A stretch of DNA of 64,000 nucleotides from Trichosphaerium sp. ATCC 40318. Lineage: Eukaryota > Protista > Tubulinea. Where the stretch lies: contig JALMLS010000552.1 of the NCBI GenBank assembly GCA_038496445.1, positions 62,001 through 126,000 on the forward strand. Reading direction: 5' to 3'. The notes below the pieces were generated by a model, which was not told the DNA's origin, did not search any database, and saw only the letters and a list, made by a program, of their open reading frames with translations. Shown here in pieces: positions 12,865 through 25,834 of the stretch (the first letter of the stretch is position 1; the number at the start of each line of letters is the position of its first letter). A program made the position numbers and the translations under genes.

Positions 12865-14762
12865 ATGCGCTCTCGCGGCTCCAATGGCCAAAGTAAAGGC
12901 AGACGCTACTTCACATATTTCGCTGGAGTTTGCGTAATACTCTTTTTCGTGTTTGTTTTCACACTACACCCTGGTGGTGATGATGGCCCAACAGCTGCGC
13001 CTGTAGTAATTGATCCAGCCACTTCACGCCCTGCAACAAGTGAAGCAAAGGTAGACCCTGTCGTTTCAACCGATGACCAACGATGGTCCCTTGACGTCAC
13101 CAAACAATCGAAGAGTTACGAGGTCCAGAAGAACCCAAAATGTTTCAATCCCAACTGTGCTGACCGAAATGGCGGTAATAAGTGGGCTGTAACTGCTTGC
13201 TCAAACAAGATCGCTTCAGAGTGGAACCAACAAGGCGTAAGCTCGGTAAACAGGTTTTTTGAGAATTACGGCGATGATCTCGGCAATTATAAGCAAGGAG
13301 CGCTTTGGGACGCGTATTGGCAGTTCCACAATGCGACAAAACTAGACAAAACTTGCGTAAATGCATTTACAAACCTCGCACTGGTTGCTACAAAGCTAGA
13401 GCGATATGATGACGCCCTCGCTACACTCGCGAAAGTACGTTACGCTTTGTTAACATGTTCGTTAAGATCCGCTGACATACGGTTAGGTTGAGTCTAAAGT
13501 GGATAGTTATCCAATCATTTTGGTGTACAAAGGTTAGCCGAGATTGTAAATTATAAATTAACTCACTGTTGGCTCTAGGTATCACCCAAGAGGCAAAGGG
13601 CGACAAAGCCGGTTCGTTGGTCACTTGGGAAGAAGCAATGAAGAAAAAACCATCGTTGTGGGAAGAATTTTTCGCATTAATTATGAAACGTCGTGGTTCA
13701 CCTCGTATGGTACGTGTAAAATCATATATTGATATTAGAACTGTTTTAAAACAAACTTTCCTCAATTCACAAAAAAAGAACGTGTAATTTTACGTTTTTA
13801 CGGGATCGTTGTACTAACAGTTACTCAAGCGTGAATACGACCATGAAGTAGAAAAAGACGCAACATTTAACTTATTTTTCTTTAAACAATTTTATCCTGT
13901 AGCGTACCATAACTACGCTCAACTACCTCCTCGTGTACGTGCTTATTATTTATTTTTTTTGGATTTAAAACCGATTCGCTAACTACACGCGTAGACACCA
14001 GATTTTTTTGCTGATAATAAGTTCATTATCTTACGTAAGATCGTGCACCCGTACCCATTGCGTACTCTACAGAAGTGTTATCACTCTTTGGTAAACTCAA
14101 ATCGTCTTAAACTTGGTGATCCTCAAGCTAAGCGTTATGTCGCATATAACTCACGTTGTATTGCTCATTTCCACTGGACTTTTACAGATCTAGTTAGAAG
14201 AGTACGTGGTCCTTCTTGTTGGCTTGTTTTTCCGAAGACAAAGTTCATTTTGCTTAAAGTTGTCTTAGGTCGTTGCACATGAAGCTAAAGCTACTTACAC
14301 CTACTTTGGCGGATATGTTGAGGGATCTTTCTTGCAACCTCATACTGATCGCTTCCAATGCGAGTTCACTTTCTCTATGAGTATTGAGGTAAGAAATTTG
14401 TTGTATTCAGTTAACAGCTTACTGAACTTACCTTAGAACAAACCTTGGGATGATCCTTGGCTCTTGTCTCTCGGTCATAAACCAAAGTTCCATAGAAAGG
14501 ATGACTGGCCAGGCCGTAACCCAGAGACAAAACCACCAGAGGAAGAAATTGTTGATGCCGACTTATTTGCTGGTAGACCTTTTTTTTTTTTTTTTGAAGT
14601 TTTTGGAGTCTTTGTTCTAAAACTTCGTTTGTAGGTGATGCTTTGCTTTTCATGGGCCGTCACTTGATTCACTTTAGAAGAGGCAAACTTAAAAAGAACC
14701 AGTGGACTAACCAGGCGTTTATGCACTTTGTTCAAAAAGATTTTACAAAAGCGCTTGGATAG
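12865..14762 (+). CDS. Type II membrane protein with a TPR-like region and a C-terminal 2OG-Fe(II) oxygenase domain, multi-exon
   Basis: N-terminal TM segment; TPR-like AFTNLALVATKLERYDDAL; oxygenase motifs GYVEGSFLQPHTDRFQCEFT (HxD), GDALLFMGRHLIHFR and QAFMHFV. Confidence 0.75.
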
Positions 14763-15009
14763 ATTTAGTTTATTTTCTCGGTGCTTGTTATAACTGCATA
14801 TTTGCGCCTGTATCAATACAATAAAATGGCAAATAAGTTTCTTTTTGCTTTAGTTTTTCTTTCTGTCTAAAGACACGTGAGACGGCAGAACGAGTAAAGT
14901 CTTTGACTTGTTAAATAATTTTGAAATTAACTTGTTTGACTTTTTTTTTTTTGCTGTTATTTTTTAATTACGTAATTTCTCGCCGATAGCGCATCTAAAC
15001 ACTACCACA

Positions 15010-16391
15010 ATGGCCGGATTGAGTTCTCTCGCTTCAAAACGATTACGAGAGATTGTTAAAAAGATAGATGATTACGAAGGGACAACAGTAAAGGATGTCC
15101 GCGCTCAATTGGAGGAAGCTGTAGACGAAGACCTGTCTGGTTTGGTCCACATCATCAAACAGCAAATATTTGATATTGTAAAAGATAAATTTAGTGGAGA
15201 TGGCGAAGAATCTTCAGAAGAAGGTGCGTTTTATTATATTTTTGTAAATATAACGTATCTCTACCACAATATGTTAATAACAGAGTTTATACGCTAAATA
15301 CCATTCCTGCACGCGCGGAGTGCCTGAAAAGCTTTAAATTAGAGCTTTTATGTTTTATACCGCCATAACCTTTATCTCTTTCTAACTCCCTTGTTGTTTT
15401 AGAAGAAGTAAAGCCTAAGACTACTGCTAAAAAGAGGAAACGAAAGAGCAGCGTGTCAAGCGTAACAACCACTAAACAAAAAACAATGACGTTATATCAA
15501 CTTGACGAACCTTTGGCTGCAGTTTGCGGTAAAGATAAGTCACCACGTCCTTGGGTGCTTAAACTTATTTGGGCCTATATCAGGTGAGACTTTAAAACGA
15601 ACTTGTTAGTACTCTGTGTTGTTGTTTGCTTACACGCTTGGTGAAGGGATGAAGAGAATGAAATTAAACGTGAAGGAACAGCAATTCATTGCGATGAAAA
15701 GTTGAAAGCACTCTTTGAAAAGGATGTTATATCTAACGCAGATATCATGGGAGGTTAGTAGTAGTAAACAGAGAGCATTCTTTTTGTCTTCTTCAAAACA
15801 ATCTTCCTCTACGCGCTCATTATTTCCGTTTAATTATACTCCTTTTGTGCCTCTCTTCTCTTGTTGGTAGTTCCTTTCTTCAACTGACGTTCATAATTCC
15901 AGGTATCTCACCACATATGGTTAAACTTGAGGAAACCATTACTGTAGAAGTAGAAGTAAAGCAACCAAAGGCTAAAGCTCCTAGAAAAACAAAAGCAGCC
16001 GCTCCACCAAAAAGAAGAGAAAACTTCGTAAGGCCGTAGAACCTGATCCAGTAAAGTACTACGATGATGATGATGAGGATGCAATGGACTTAGACCAATC
16101 TCACCTAAACCGAGAATTAAAGTAAAACGCGATCCAGAAGACGAGAACGGAGAGCCTTTGTACTTGCTTTCAAAGCGCTTAAAGAAATTTATCAACAAAG
16201 ATCGCGCTACGCGTGAAGAAGTTCACAGCAAAATTCAAGACCATCTCAAAGAAGAAGGATTGTGGGACGAAGATAAGAAGGTAGCTACTATTTCTGAAAA
16301 GTTAAACAAAGATCTTTTCCATATGAGCGGAGAAGTAACTTTTGAGAGACTTGATAAGCTTGTTAGTAAGCATATGAAGTTGAAGAAGTGA
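15010..16391 (+). CDS. DEK-C + double SWIB/MDM2-domain protein (UAF30/Tri1-like), multi-exon
   Basis: DEK-C-like segment TTVKDVRAQLEE..DLS; SWIB1 YQLDEPLAAVCG..PRPWVLKLIWAYI..IHCDEKLKALF; SWIB2 YLLSKRLKKFI..TREEVHSKIQDHLKEEGL. Confidence 0.8.
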
Positions 16392-16712
16392 AAGAGAAGA
16401 ACAGGGAAGTAAATTATATGAACCAAAAAAAACCTTTACAAAAATAAAAAAAAATTGTATAAGACCTTTTGTTACGTGTACCATTAAGACCTTTGGTTAC
16501 CAAACATTTTTCATGACTTATGTTGAATACTTTGTGTTTTCATTACTGCTATTGGAGTCCAAAGAATACACCACAGATACAATTTGAGAGAATGAAGCAG
16601 TTGAAAAAGTTGATGTCCAAACAAGCTGTAAAAGCACGTGTTGTACGTAAACCAATTGGTAACTAGTAAATTACTATCGCATTACTTTTATTGTCTGTAA
16701 ACCCAACGGCCT

Positions 16713-18823
16713 ATGGAGAGGAAACAAGTATTCAATGCCTACTAACGCTGGGTAGTCTAAATCATCAGAAAACAAACCACATGAAGTGAAAGTGGTATTT
16801 GTTGGTTCGCTCTTATTTATTATTACTTAAATTGTTGTTTCATTGTATAGAAATTCGACAAGATAAACAGTGAAATACCTAATGCAAATGTAGGGGCTAC
16901 AGGTGCGGGTAAATCTTCAATAGTAAATCGCTTCACACGTGACCATTTTGACGACAAGATTCATTTCACTGTGCGTATCATTCATATTTTCCACTTTGAT
17001 TTTAACGGCAATGTAATGAGAACCAGTTCCTTGGCTAGTTCCTTACTTGACATTAAATGTTACTTTCCTTTGTCTTAGTTCTGTGTAGTATAATAAAGAG
17101 GTGGCTTCAACAGAGGTAAAAATTGATGCCGCCACCGTGAGGCTCAAAATATGGGTAAAGATCTAATACTACAAGCCTTTTTTAACTTTCATTTGTAGGA
17201 TATTGCAGGTATGTCTTTGAAACAGTTAAGTAGTTATTGTATGTAGGTTATAAGGGAGAATTACATGATGTACATTTTACTCACGTTTTCTGTAGTACAG
17301 TTGTTGCTCTACTGTTTTATCTCATTAAGATGTCAACTAATGCTAAATAGTGGTCATACTTTAGGAATGCTTCGGGTGTCATGGTTGTATGTGATATTAC
17401 AAACGACTCAACTTTAAAAGCATGCCTACAATGGCATCAATATTTAAAAGATATTCATGTCACTTTCTTACAACACACTAAAGATCCTGGTCCTACTATA
17501 CTTCTACTAAACAAAGTATGTTAATTATTTTAAGGAGATCGTATAAAATTCTAGAAATGGAGCTGGCTGACAAGCTTAGATTGACAAGAGAGCGTCAAGC
17601 GATTTTACCAAAAGTGATGATGAGATGAAACAGTTCTGCGAAAAACATGGATTCCTAACGTGGTTTGAAGTGTCAGCAAAAGAAAATATCAATATCAATG
17701 AATCTGTCTTGTATTTGGTTGAAGAAATAGTCAAAAAAAGAGAAAAAGATGAATTAGTAGAAAACAAAGTTCTGAAACCGCCAGAAGTTCTAGCAAAAAA
17801 CATAGGTGACAAATCAGTTCCATATGTGAAAGACACTTCTAAGGTTGATCAAACTCATCCTTGTGGTATTCTTGAACAGTCAATTCTAATGAAACAAAAT
17901 ACCAGCAGGGTACCAGTAATCAATACAGAGAATGACGAAAAGAACAACAACTTGAAACCATTTAAAGAGATTTGTGAAAATTTGAAAACAGAACACAAGC
18001 GTCTGTCAAAGGCTTTGATTGACCCCAATCACAAGTACACCAAGATTGGAGACTCACCAGACCATATGTACATGATCAAAGATGCATTGAAATCCTCCGA
18101 TATACAAAAAAACAAAGAGGAATATGTTGATGAGGTAGAGTACTTTTAAACAACATGTTGGTTCAACGTCAAGCTGACTTACTGTGTCACTAATTTTTTT
18201 TAATTTGCATAGTTTGATCCAAATAATGGTAATTACCTTCCTAATAATACACAAAACTTATCAAGTGATATGCCACTACAAGATCAACAATATTTGGACA
18301 AGGTACATCTTTACTCAAATGATTTGACTTGTGCAAGTAAAGAACAGTATTTCACAAAGGATTAATTAATTTCTAACACGACACCCCATAGTTTGACAAT
18401 CCTAGCAAGCAATGTACTCCTGTCATGTTTGAAGAATACAAAGATGTTGCTTCTTTGTCTTCCATGATGGGCGTTGTAGTATCCAATGTTGTAGGGTCTG
18501 CAGATTCATGGATGGAAAAGGATAGTTTCATTGGCGATCCTGAGGTGTAGCTACACCACCTCATTATCAATAAAGTTAACTTCTGTTAGCCAATATTCAC
18601 TTCTTCAATGAATTCACACCAACAGCCCAACAAAGAACTTGATTGGAAAGAAAGACTTGTCAAGGTAGGCATTGAAAATAGAAGAGCGCAAGAACTTGGA
18701 TCATTGATGAACGATGTGGTAGTTAGAGTGACTGATGTTACTGGACATACTTTATTAGAACTTGGATTCACTACCAGTGAGCGTATCAAAGTCATCAAAG
18801 CAAAGAGGAACAACATGCTTTGA
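16713..18823 (+). CDS. Rab32/38-like GTPase fused to a C-terminal KFG/SWxDK/SAM-like cassette, copy 1 (apparently intact)
   Basis: Spliced motifs VKVVFVGATGAGKS, W|DIA|G, NK|ID and FCEKHGFLTWFEVSAKENINI (Rab32/38 signature). Last exon WKERLVKVGI..ELGFTTSERIKVIKAK. Confidence 0.8.
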
Positions 18824-19054
18824 CAAAGGGGCCTAATATCACAAACGCTGTAGTATGAACTACCAATATTAAACGGAAATATGATGTTGTTCATTAATTA
18901 AGATACACTAACTCAGACACGCCCTTTATTTTGAAGTTGAGGTGCTTTTCGCACACTCAAGCCTTTACATAAAGTACAGCTACAATGTGCACGAACTATG
19001 TAGCACATGCCTAGCGAATGCATAATTAGTTCATTTTTTGTTTTGTAAAGTGCT

Positions 19055-19585
19055 CATATTGTCTGTGTTGTCAAGTTTTACTAATATTTTCTGAGTTTCT
19101 AGCACTTTAGCAGATCTAGCAAGAATTGACACTTGTGTCAAATGGTGTAGATCTATCACAATGTGAACTATTGGCGTGCCATTAATCACAATGCTGTCTA
19201 TCATAATACGACTTACGTCCCTTAAGTGTAAACACATTTTTAATGTCTGTTTCAAAGACATTGGCAAGACGATTGCAGTATTTTACGTAGACACTGCACA
19301 TGCAGGTTAAGACCACATCAGTCTTTATTGCGATAAAAGCGAAATAAAAGGTTATAGGACTGTATCTTTCCCAGCTCTTACATAAGAGACAGTTTTATTG
19401 GAACTAGAGATACGGTTGGATTCGCAATAAAATTTCCGCTTGACTATGTAAGCGCATTACATTTTAAAAAAGTGAGATTTGCAAGTTCTGTCAGAAGCCA
19501 AATCCGTCAGATCTGACAGATAAGGCAGAAACTGGTTTTGTATGCTAAAAGTCAGTCTGGCTGAAAACTTGAACGAAACGTATTG
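19055..19585. mobile_element. MITE-like dispersed repeat, copy A (family shared with 49422-50195 and 39020-39190)
   Basis: Both ends align with 49440-49730 and 50070-50190. Degenerate terminal inverted repeat catattgtctg...caagtttt / aaaacttgaacgaaac. Confidence 0.6.
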
Positions 19586-19672
19586 ACCTCCTGCATGGAG
19601 CATGGTGATGTAGTGGGAGAAAAGTTCCCGCTTGTCAAAATAACTAAACATTTACACCATAAAAGCACATTT

Positions 19673-22659
19673 ATGGCTGAGCCGCAATCAAACGAGGTTA
19701 ATTTACAATATGTTAACCGGTTGGCCACTGGTTGGAATTATTCAATGGCAATCGCAGACGATGGCTTTGTTTACACGTGGGGACTAAACAATGACCGCCA
19801 ATTGGGTAATACAGCCGACAAAAAGAGTTCTATCGCAAGACCAATACAGTCACTCATAAATATTGTCTGTATTGCTGCTGGATCCTACCATAGCCTTGCA
19901 GCTGATTCAAGCGGTATTGTGTATGCATGGGGCTGTAATTCAGATGGTCAAGCGGGTTTGGGTCACTTTGAGTCACCTGTTTCGTCACCAACACGTGTTC
20001 CAAATCTCACAAATATCACTCATGTCGCTGCCTTTAATGCAAGTATGGCGTTATCACAATCAGGTAATGTCTACTCTTGGGGAAGCAACTACCACGGTGA
20101 ATTGGGTCATTCGTTTCGTGAAGTAGTTTCATTTCCAATAGTAATTCCTCATCTTGAAAAAGTCACAAAAATTGAAACTAGTGAGTGTGTAAGTGGAGCA
20201 ATTACATCAAAAGGTAATGTATTTCTTTGGGGAACAAACTCTATCGGGGACATAGACAAATCATTATTCTTGAAACGAAATAGAATTTCATGTGTTCCAA
20301 TTATTGAAAATGCCACTGATATTGCCATTGGTCGTTATCACGTGCTTGTTCTCCTCAAGTCAGGACAAGTATTTTCTTTTGGATGTAACAAAGATGGGTG
20401 TCTTGGGTTAGGGCGGCTTGGAATCTTGGTAAAAAAAGAGTATGCTCGAGGTATAATTAAAGGATTCAACAATATCAAATCTATCCATGCTGGTCACAAT
20501 TCATCATTTGCAATTGATGATGAAGGTTGTTTGTTTGCTTGGGGTAAAGGGAAATGGATGGATCGGTTCAAATCAAAGACACCATTAAAATTACCTGGAA
20601 AATATCGTGAGTTTGCCCACAAACGAGCCCATTCGTTGGCAATATCTCAAGATTTTAGACTAGTCACAGGTACGGGCAGTCTCAACAGTGATGGCGAATC
20701 AGAACCACAGAACTTGATGTTCAATCACAACAAAGTAATGTCACGTTTTTCAGTATGTTACACTCAATGATATTTAGATACATCGTCAAGAATTGGATAA
20801 ACAACCCATCAACAAATCATCAATCAAAGTACATCTATCTGATGATGAGATGTTCATGTCAAAAAAAGTCATTCGAGATGTACCTCAGAAATTTGGAGAA
20901 TCAAAACAAGATCTTGACATTCTTGAAAATGCACGTCATCTCATTCAGTTCAAACAAAGACAAGACCTCAAACAAATCATTGACAACAATGTAAGTCTTC
21001 ACTATGTAACTTCCATTGATCAGTAACTCTTTTGACTTTTTAGGACGGCTCAGTTGATTCAATCAAGCATGAATCAAATCAACAACCACCTTTAATCAAT
21101 GTAAGTCTTCTTTATGTAACTTCCATTGATCATTAACTCTTCTATCTTTTAAGGATGATTCAGTTAAGCTCATTAGGACTAGTAACTGAAAAAATTAGGA
21201 CTAGTACAATTTTCGTTCACACCGCGTGAAGTTGCGTTAATTTCAATAGAGCCCTTATTGTCAGGTTACAATCTAGTGCGTTTATAATATGCTATATATA
21301 GTGCAGGCGACCAACACATCATTCTCACGGATGCAATCACAAATTGTAAGTGTACTGGTCAAACTCAAGTTTAGTAAATGCAACATAGCAGGGTGCTCGT
21401 CAGTTTGAATCCCATAGAAGGAGTTGGTTCGCCAACAAAATCAAGTAACATTGTTAAGAGACATAACCTTATCATGGTAAAGTCTGTGGAGAATAGGTTT
21501 GTCACTCATTGGAGTGCCAAAAAAAATACTAGGTTGAGACACATATTAACTGAATTGAAACACGTTCATACATCTGTAAGTCTCTGGGCGAGTACATTTA
21601 ATTTAATATTGCTTTTTAGAAGTATGCTAATACAATGACTTGCATCAAAGGGTTTTCAGTGCTTTTCGATTTTCTTGGGCCAGGTGAGTGGCCTTTCACA
21701 ACTTTTTGGATGGCTCAAATTGCACAGCCGCTACTTACCTTCAGAATTGTTCTCTTCGGTTTTATTATGTCAATTGAGGTGTTCAGTAAGGACTAATGGA
21801 TAACAGTAATTGCTGTTAATTATTGATTTGCCAATACTTTTTTTTTACTGTAGACTATCTTCGATGCAATGAAATTCTGTGATTTATTGAACCAATTATT
21901 TTTGATTTTGAACTACACATGTATGCTTCCTGTGCTTCAATGATGAAGCCAATACATGCGCTGGTACAAAATCACCTAGGCTCCAGGGTATATGTTACAT
22001 TGTTACCAACGCCTTTACTACGACAGTTCAGCTTGACAAATGATGTAAAAGTTTTCACGTGACAAACTTCTTTAAAGAAGGTGAATTTGAAAAATCTTAC
22101 TGATAGTTCTGGATTGGCACGGTTACAGCCATATCTAAGAACCCCCACCCAATAACTCTGTACTTGAGTACTTTTTGCCTTGCAAGATACCACCACACCT
22201 TTAGTTTGTGTTGAATGTTATGTACATCGCTTATTTTTTGTGTGTTAATCGATGCACGTGTTGAACTGGCGTTTTTCGTCTTTTGTGGGCTTTTTCTTAT
22301 GGTTTGTCAAACGAGCCTCTTAGCATGTCTATCATATGTGCGAGATGCGTTTCCGAGTATTTTTGAGCTGTTTTGACCAAGTTTTACAAGGGTTACTAGT
22401 CCTAATTTTTTTTTTTACTAGCCCGAACGAATTAACATCAACGAATCAAATCAACAACCACCTTTAATCAATGCTGATGAGCTTGTATCAACACAATCAT
22501 GGATGGATAAGTTTGAAACGATCAACCTTGACAATGTAACAACTACAACTAGATCGTATGTGTGCTGACTTGAAAGATATCACAGGTGAGATTATGAAAG
22601 AGCTTGGATTCACACTACTTGAACGTCTCCAGTTTATTAGATACCAAGACAACCACTAA
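19673..22659 (+). pseudogene. RCC1 beta-propeller + KFG/SWxDK/SAM cassette, copy A; propeller ORF intact, cassette broken by a TE and a deletion
   Basis: RCC1 blades to 20752; a 25-nt intron at 20753-20777 leads into the cassette; TE at 21168-22432; a ~140-bp deletion at ~22550 relative to copy B removes a splice acceptor and half of the SAM-like domain. Confidence 0.8.
21168..22432. mobile_element. Non-autonomous TIR DNA transposon (PIF/Harbinger-like TAA TSD; can also be read as TTAA)
   Basis: The empty site is visible in paralogue B (gattcagTTAAcatc). Here TTAA occurs at both 21164-21167 and 22432-22435. Imperfect ~37-bp TIRs with repeated ttaggactagta; no transposase ORF. Confidence 0.85.
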
Positions 22660-22871
22660 AATGTTACAAGTTGCCACATATCTTATTACCAACACATGTC
22701 AACATAGAATTTAATAAACAATAACGTAGTCAGATCACAAATGTGTTTTATATCATAAGGCTCCTCCTTGTTAGCACTATGAAACTTTTGGTAAGTGACT
22801 CTTTAATTGAGCTATTCAAAGGTACTTGCTACCAGGAACCTCTTTCCTTAGGAGCAAAACATTTCGAATGA

Positions 22872-23498
22872 CTATGTCTTTTTGTTGTACAGTCTAATGA
22901 AATGATGTGTCCTTAGTTTCCCATTTGTTTCCCATTCTCTGTACTCTCCTTCCATCGATCCATTGGTGTAATTACAATGCATGTACATCTGTCCATTGAA
23001 ATACCATTCCTTGTATTCTCCTTCTCGATTTCCGTTTACACAATAACCATGCCTGCAAACTTTACCATTTCTATGCCACTGTCTGAACTCTCCTTCCTTC
23101 AAGTCATTGACATAGTTACATCGTATCTCTAGCTCTCCAGTGTTGTACCATTTCTTGTACTCTCCTTCTCGGTTACCATCAATATATGTACTCTTCTCCT
23201 TTAACTGGCTATTGTTGTACCAACTCTTGCACTCACCATCAAGTCTTCCATGAGTCCAAGTTTCCATAGCAATGACTTGATGTTTTACGAAGATTGACGA
23301 AGATTTCTGCTCAACCGGTTTTCCATGGTTTGTGGTTGAAGAGATACGCTTGTACTTCAGCCATTTTCCATGTTTTTTCATCTCACCATCAAACCTTGTT
23401 GTTGTAGCTGTTTGTTTTGATAACAATGGCCATAATACATACACTTCGACGCCCATATCAATAATATCGAGCTGTAGCTCACATGGAAGATTCAACAA
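22872..23498 (-). CDS. Intronless F-box-like + MORN-variant repeat protein; start codon uncertain
   Basis: LLNLPCELQLDII followed by repeats such as GxREGEYKxWYxNG. Confidence 0.8.
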   Translation of the reverse strand: MLNLPCELQLDIIDMGVEVYVLWPLLSKQTATTTRFDGEMKKHGKWLKYKRISSTTNHGKPVEQKSSSIFVKHQVIAMETWTHGRLDGECKSWYNNSQLKEKSTYIDGNREGEYKKWYNTGELEIRCNYVNDLKEGEFRQWHRNGKVCRHGYCVNGNREGEYKEWYFNGQMYMHCNYTNGSMEGEYREWETNGKLRTHHFIRLYNKKT

Positions 23499-23737
23499 AG
23501 TGGAAATACGCGATTGTAACGTTTTGGTCTATTATGACGTTCATTAGCAAATTGGCTATAACGTGGGTACGCAATATACCGTAATATTTGACGCCATTTC
23601 AATGCAGTGTGTTGAGTTAGGAGCGTAGGTTTTCATGTTAAGTCAATTGTCTGGTTCAAGATTCTTTAAGCCTCTTACTTTTTGTTTACGAGCATCTTGA
23701 AGACATACGTGGCTGGAATTAAATTCACCATTCAAAA

Positions 23738-25834
23738 ATGGTACGTAGATATCACGTGTCATTTGTTAAATTACTAGCTAACGCTAATAATTACGTTACT
23801 AATTACTCAGGGCACTTTAGCGTTCACGTTCGAAATCACGTGACTAAAATTTATTGCTTTTTCGAATTTCGTTGTACGCTCACTAACATTGATGTTGTAG
23901 TCAGAATCAATAGAATGCAACAGATATTTTAAGGTGGTAATTGTTGGTTCGAGACCCTTTTTTAAATACTTAAAGGTGTTAATAATGGTGTTTCAAAACA
24001 CAGGACATCCAGGTTCAGGAAAAACGTCAATTGTGAAGCGCTTTACAGATAACACTTTCTCGTCTCCTAACGCAACTGTACGTATAATGCTTGTCTCTTT
24101 TCTTGTATTGAAACGTGTACAGAAAACTCAATTTTTTGAAAAAGGCAGAACTGTTTGCTCATTTTCACAAATGATTATTCCTTTTGTATCTCAAAAAGTT
24201 TGTTGTGTTGCTTATCTTAATAGTATGGAGTTGATTTTTCTAGCAAATTCATTAATGTTGATAACACTAAAGTGAAGCTACAATTATGGGTAATTGAACA
24301 TAAAAATCACATGTTTGTTTTTGACTTGAATTTGTAGGAACTTGCAGGTTTGTATTGAAACAAAAGTATGCTGTTTAAACTGTGTTTGTAGGACAAGAGC
24401 GATTTGAAGCAATTGGCAGAGTACAACTTTACTTTAAGTATGCAATTATTGATATATTTTACTAGAAAAATTGCAAGAAAGGATTAGGAGCCATGGTTGT
24501 GGTAGACATTAAAACCCATGCTCTTGAAGTTGCTTTACGATGGCAGAATTTTTTTAAACACAAAATTTTCTTTCCTGGCACTAAGGATCCTATTCCTACC
24601 ATTATACTCCTAACCCACGTACAACAAAAACTCGATATTTATCAATCACATCCTTGTTTTGCACTGACATTAATGATACATTTAGAGTGACACGAAACGC
24701 TACCAGGATTTCAAAAAGAGTGATGTTGAAATGGATAACTTTTGTGAAGAACATGGATTCCTCACATGGTTTGAAACATCAGCAAAGGACAACATTAATA
24801 TTAAAGAGTCGTTTTTGTACATTGCTAAAGAAATACTCAAAAAATCAAAACAAGTTGAACTGAAGAGACAAGAAAGCAATACCGAAGGCAGCAAGAAGAA
24901 AAAGATAGAACCTGCAGAGTTGAAAGGAGATCCAAAAGACAAGTACTTATCAAAAGCGCGTGTTGATCCCAATCGTGTATACACCAAGTTTGGAGATGAT
25001 CTTGAGCATATTGATATCATTCAAGAAGCTTTTGAAGCCTTTAAAGTACAGCCAAACCAACAAGAAAATGAGGTATGTTACAAGAAAAAATATACACTAC
25101 AGCTGCATCCTGACTGGCTGATCTAGTCTGATGCTGCATACAACAATGCTTACACCAATATTGATTCTTTATCTCCATCTATTATCAATGCTGCAAATTC
25201 ATGGATAGACAAAGATACTTATGAGAGTGAAACCATGAATGTACCCAAGGTACACCTATCAAATAACTGCTAATGTTACTTAGCTACTCACATTAATTGC
25301 CAATTAAATATTAAAATTACTTTAGCCGACATTCAGTTCTCCTTCAGCGACTTCAACGCACCAACAGCCGCAAAAGCATCAAGACAACAAGGTATATGTT
25401 AGTAAAAAATCTACAACAATCTGAGACCATCTAGTCTGATGCGCCATACAGCAATGATTGTAAGAATATTGATTCTTTCTCATCTGTGATTGGTGTTGCA
25501 GTATCTACAAATTCATGGATAGACAAAGACAGTTACATCAAAGAAACTAAGGTAGCTGTACCATATAAATTATCAATTAACTATTACTATCTAGATGACA
25601 TTCAGTCCTCCTTCGCCACCTTCAACGTACCAACAGCCCAACAAAGAACTTGATTGGAAAGAAAGACTTGTCAAGGCAGGCATCGAACATAGAAGAGCAC
25701 AGGAACTTGGATCATTGATGAACGATGTGGTAGTTAGAGTGACTGATGTTACTGGACATACTTTAGAAGAACTTGGATTCACTATCAGTGAACGTATCAA
25801 AGTCATCAAAGCAAAGAGGAACAACATTCTTTAA
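23738..25834 (+). CDS. Rab32/38-like GTPase-SAM cassette fusion, copy 2 (apparently intact)
   Basis: ATG-only first exon; FKVVIVGHPGSGKT; W|ELA|GQERF; TH|SD; FCEEHGFLTWFETSAKDNINI; duplicated SWIDKD exon; SAM-like last exon. Confidence 0.8.
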
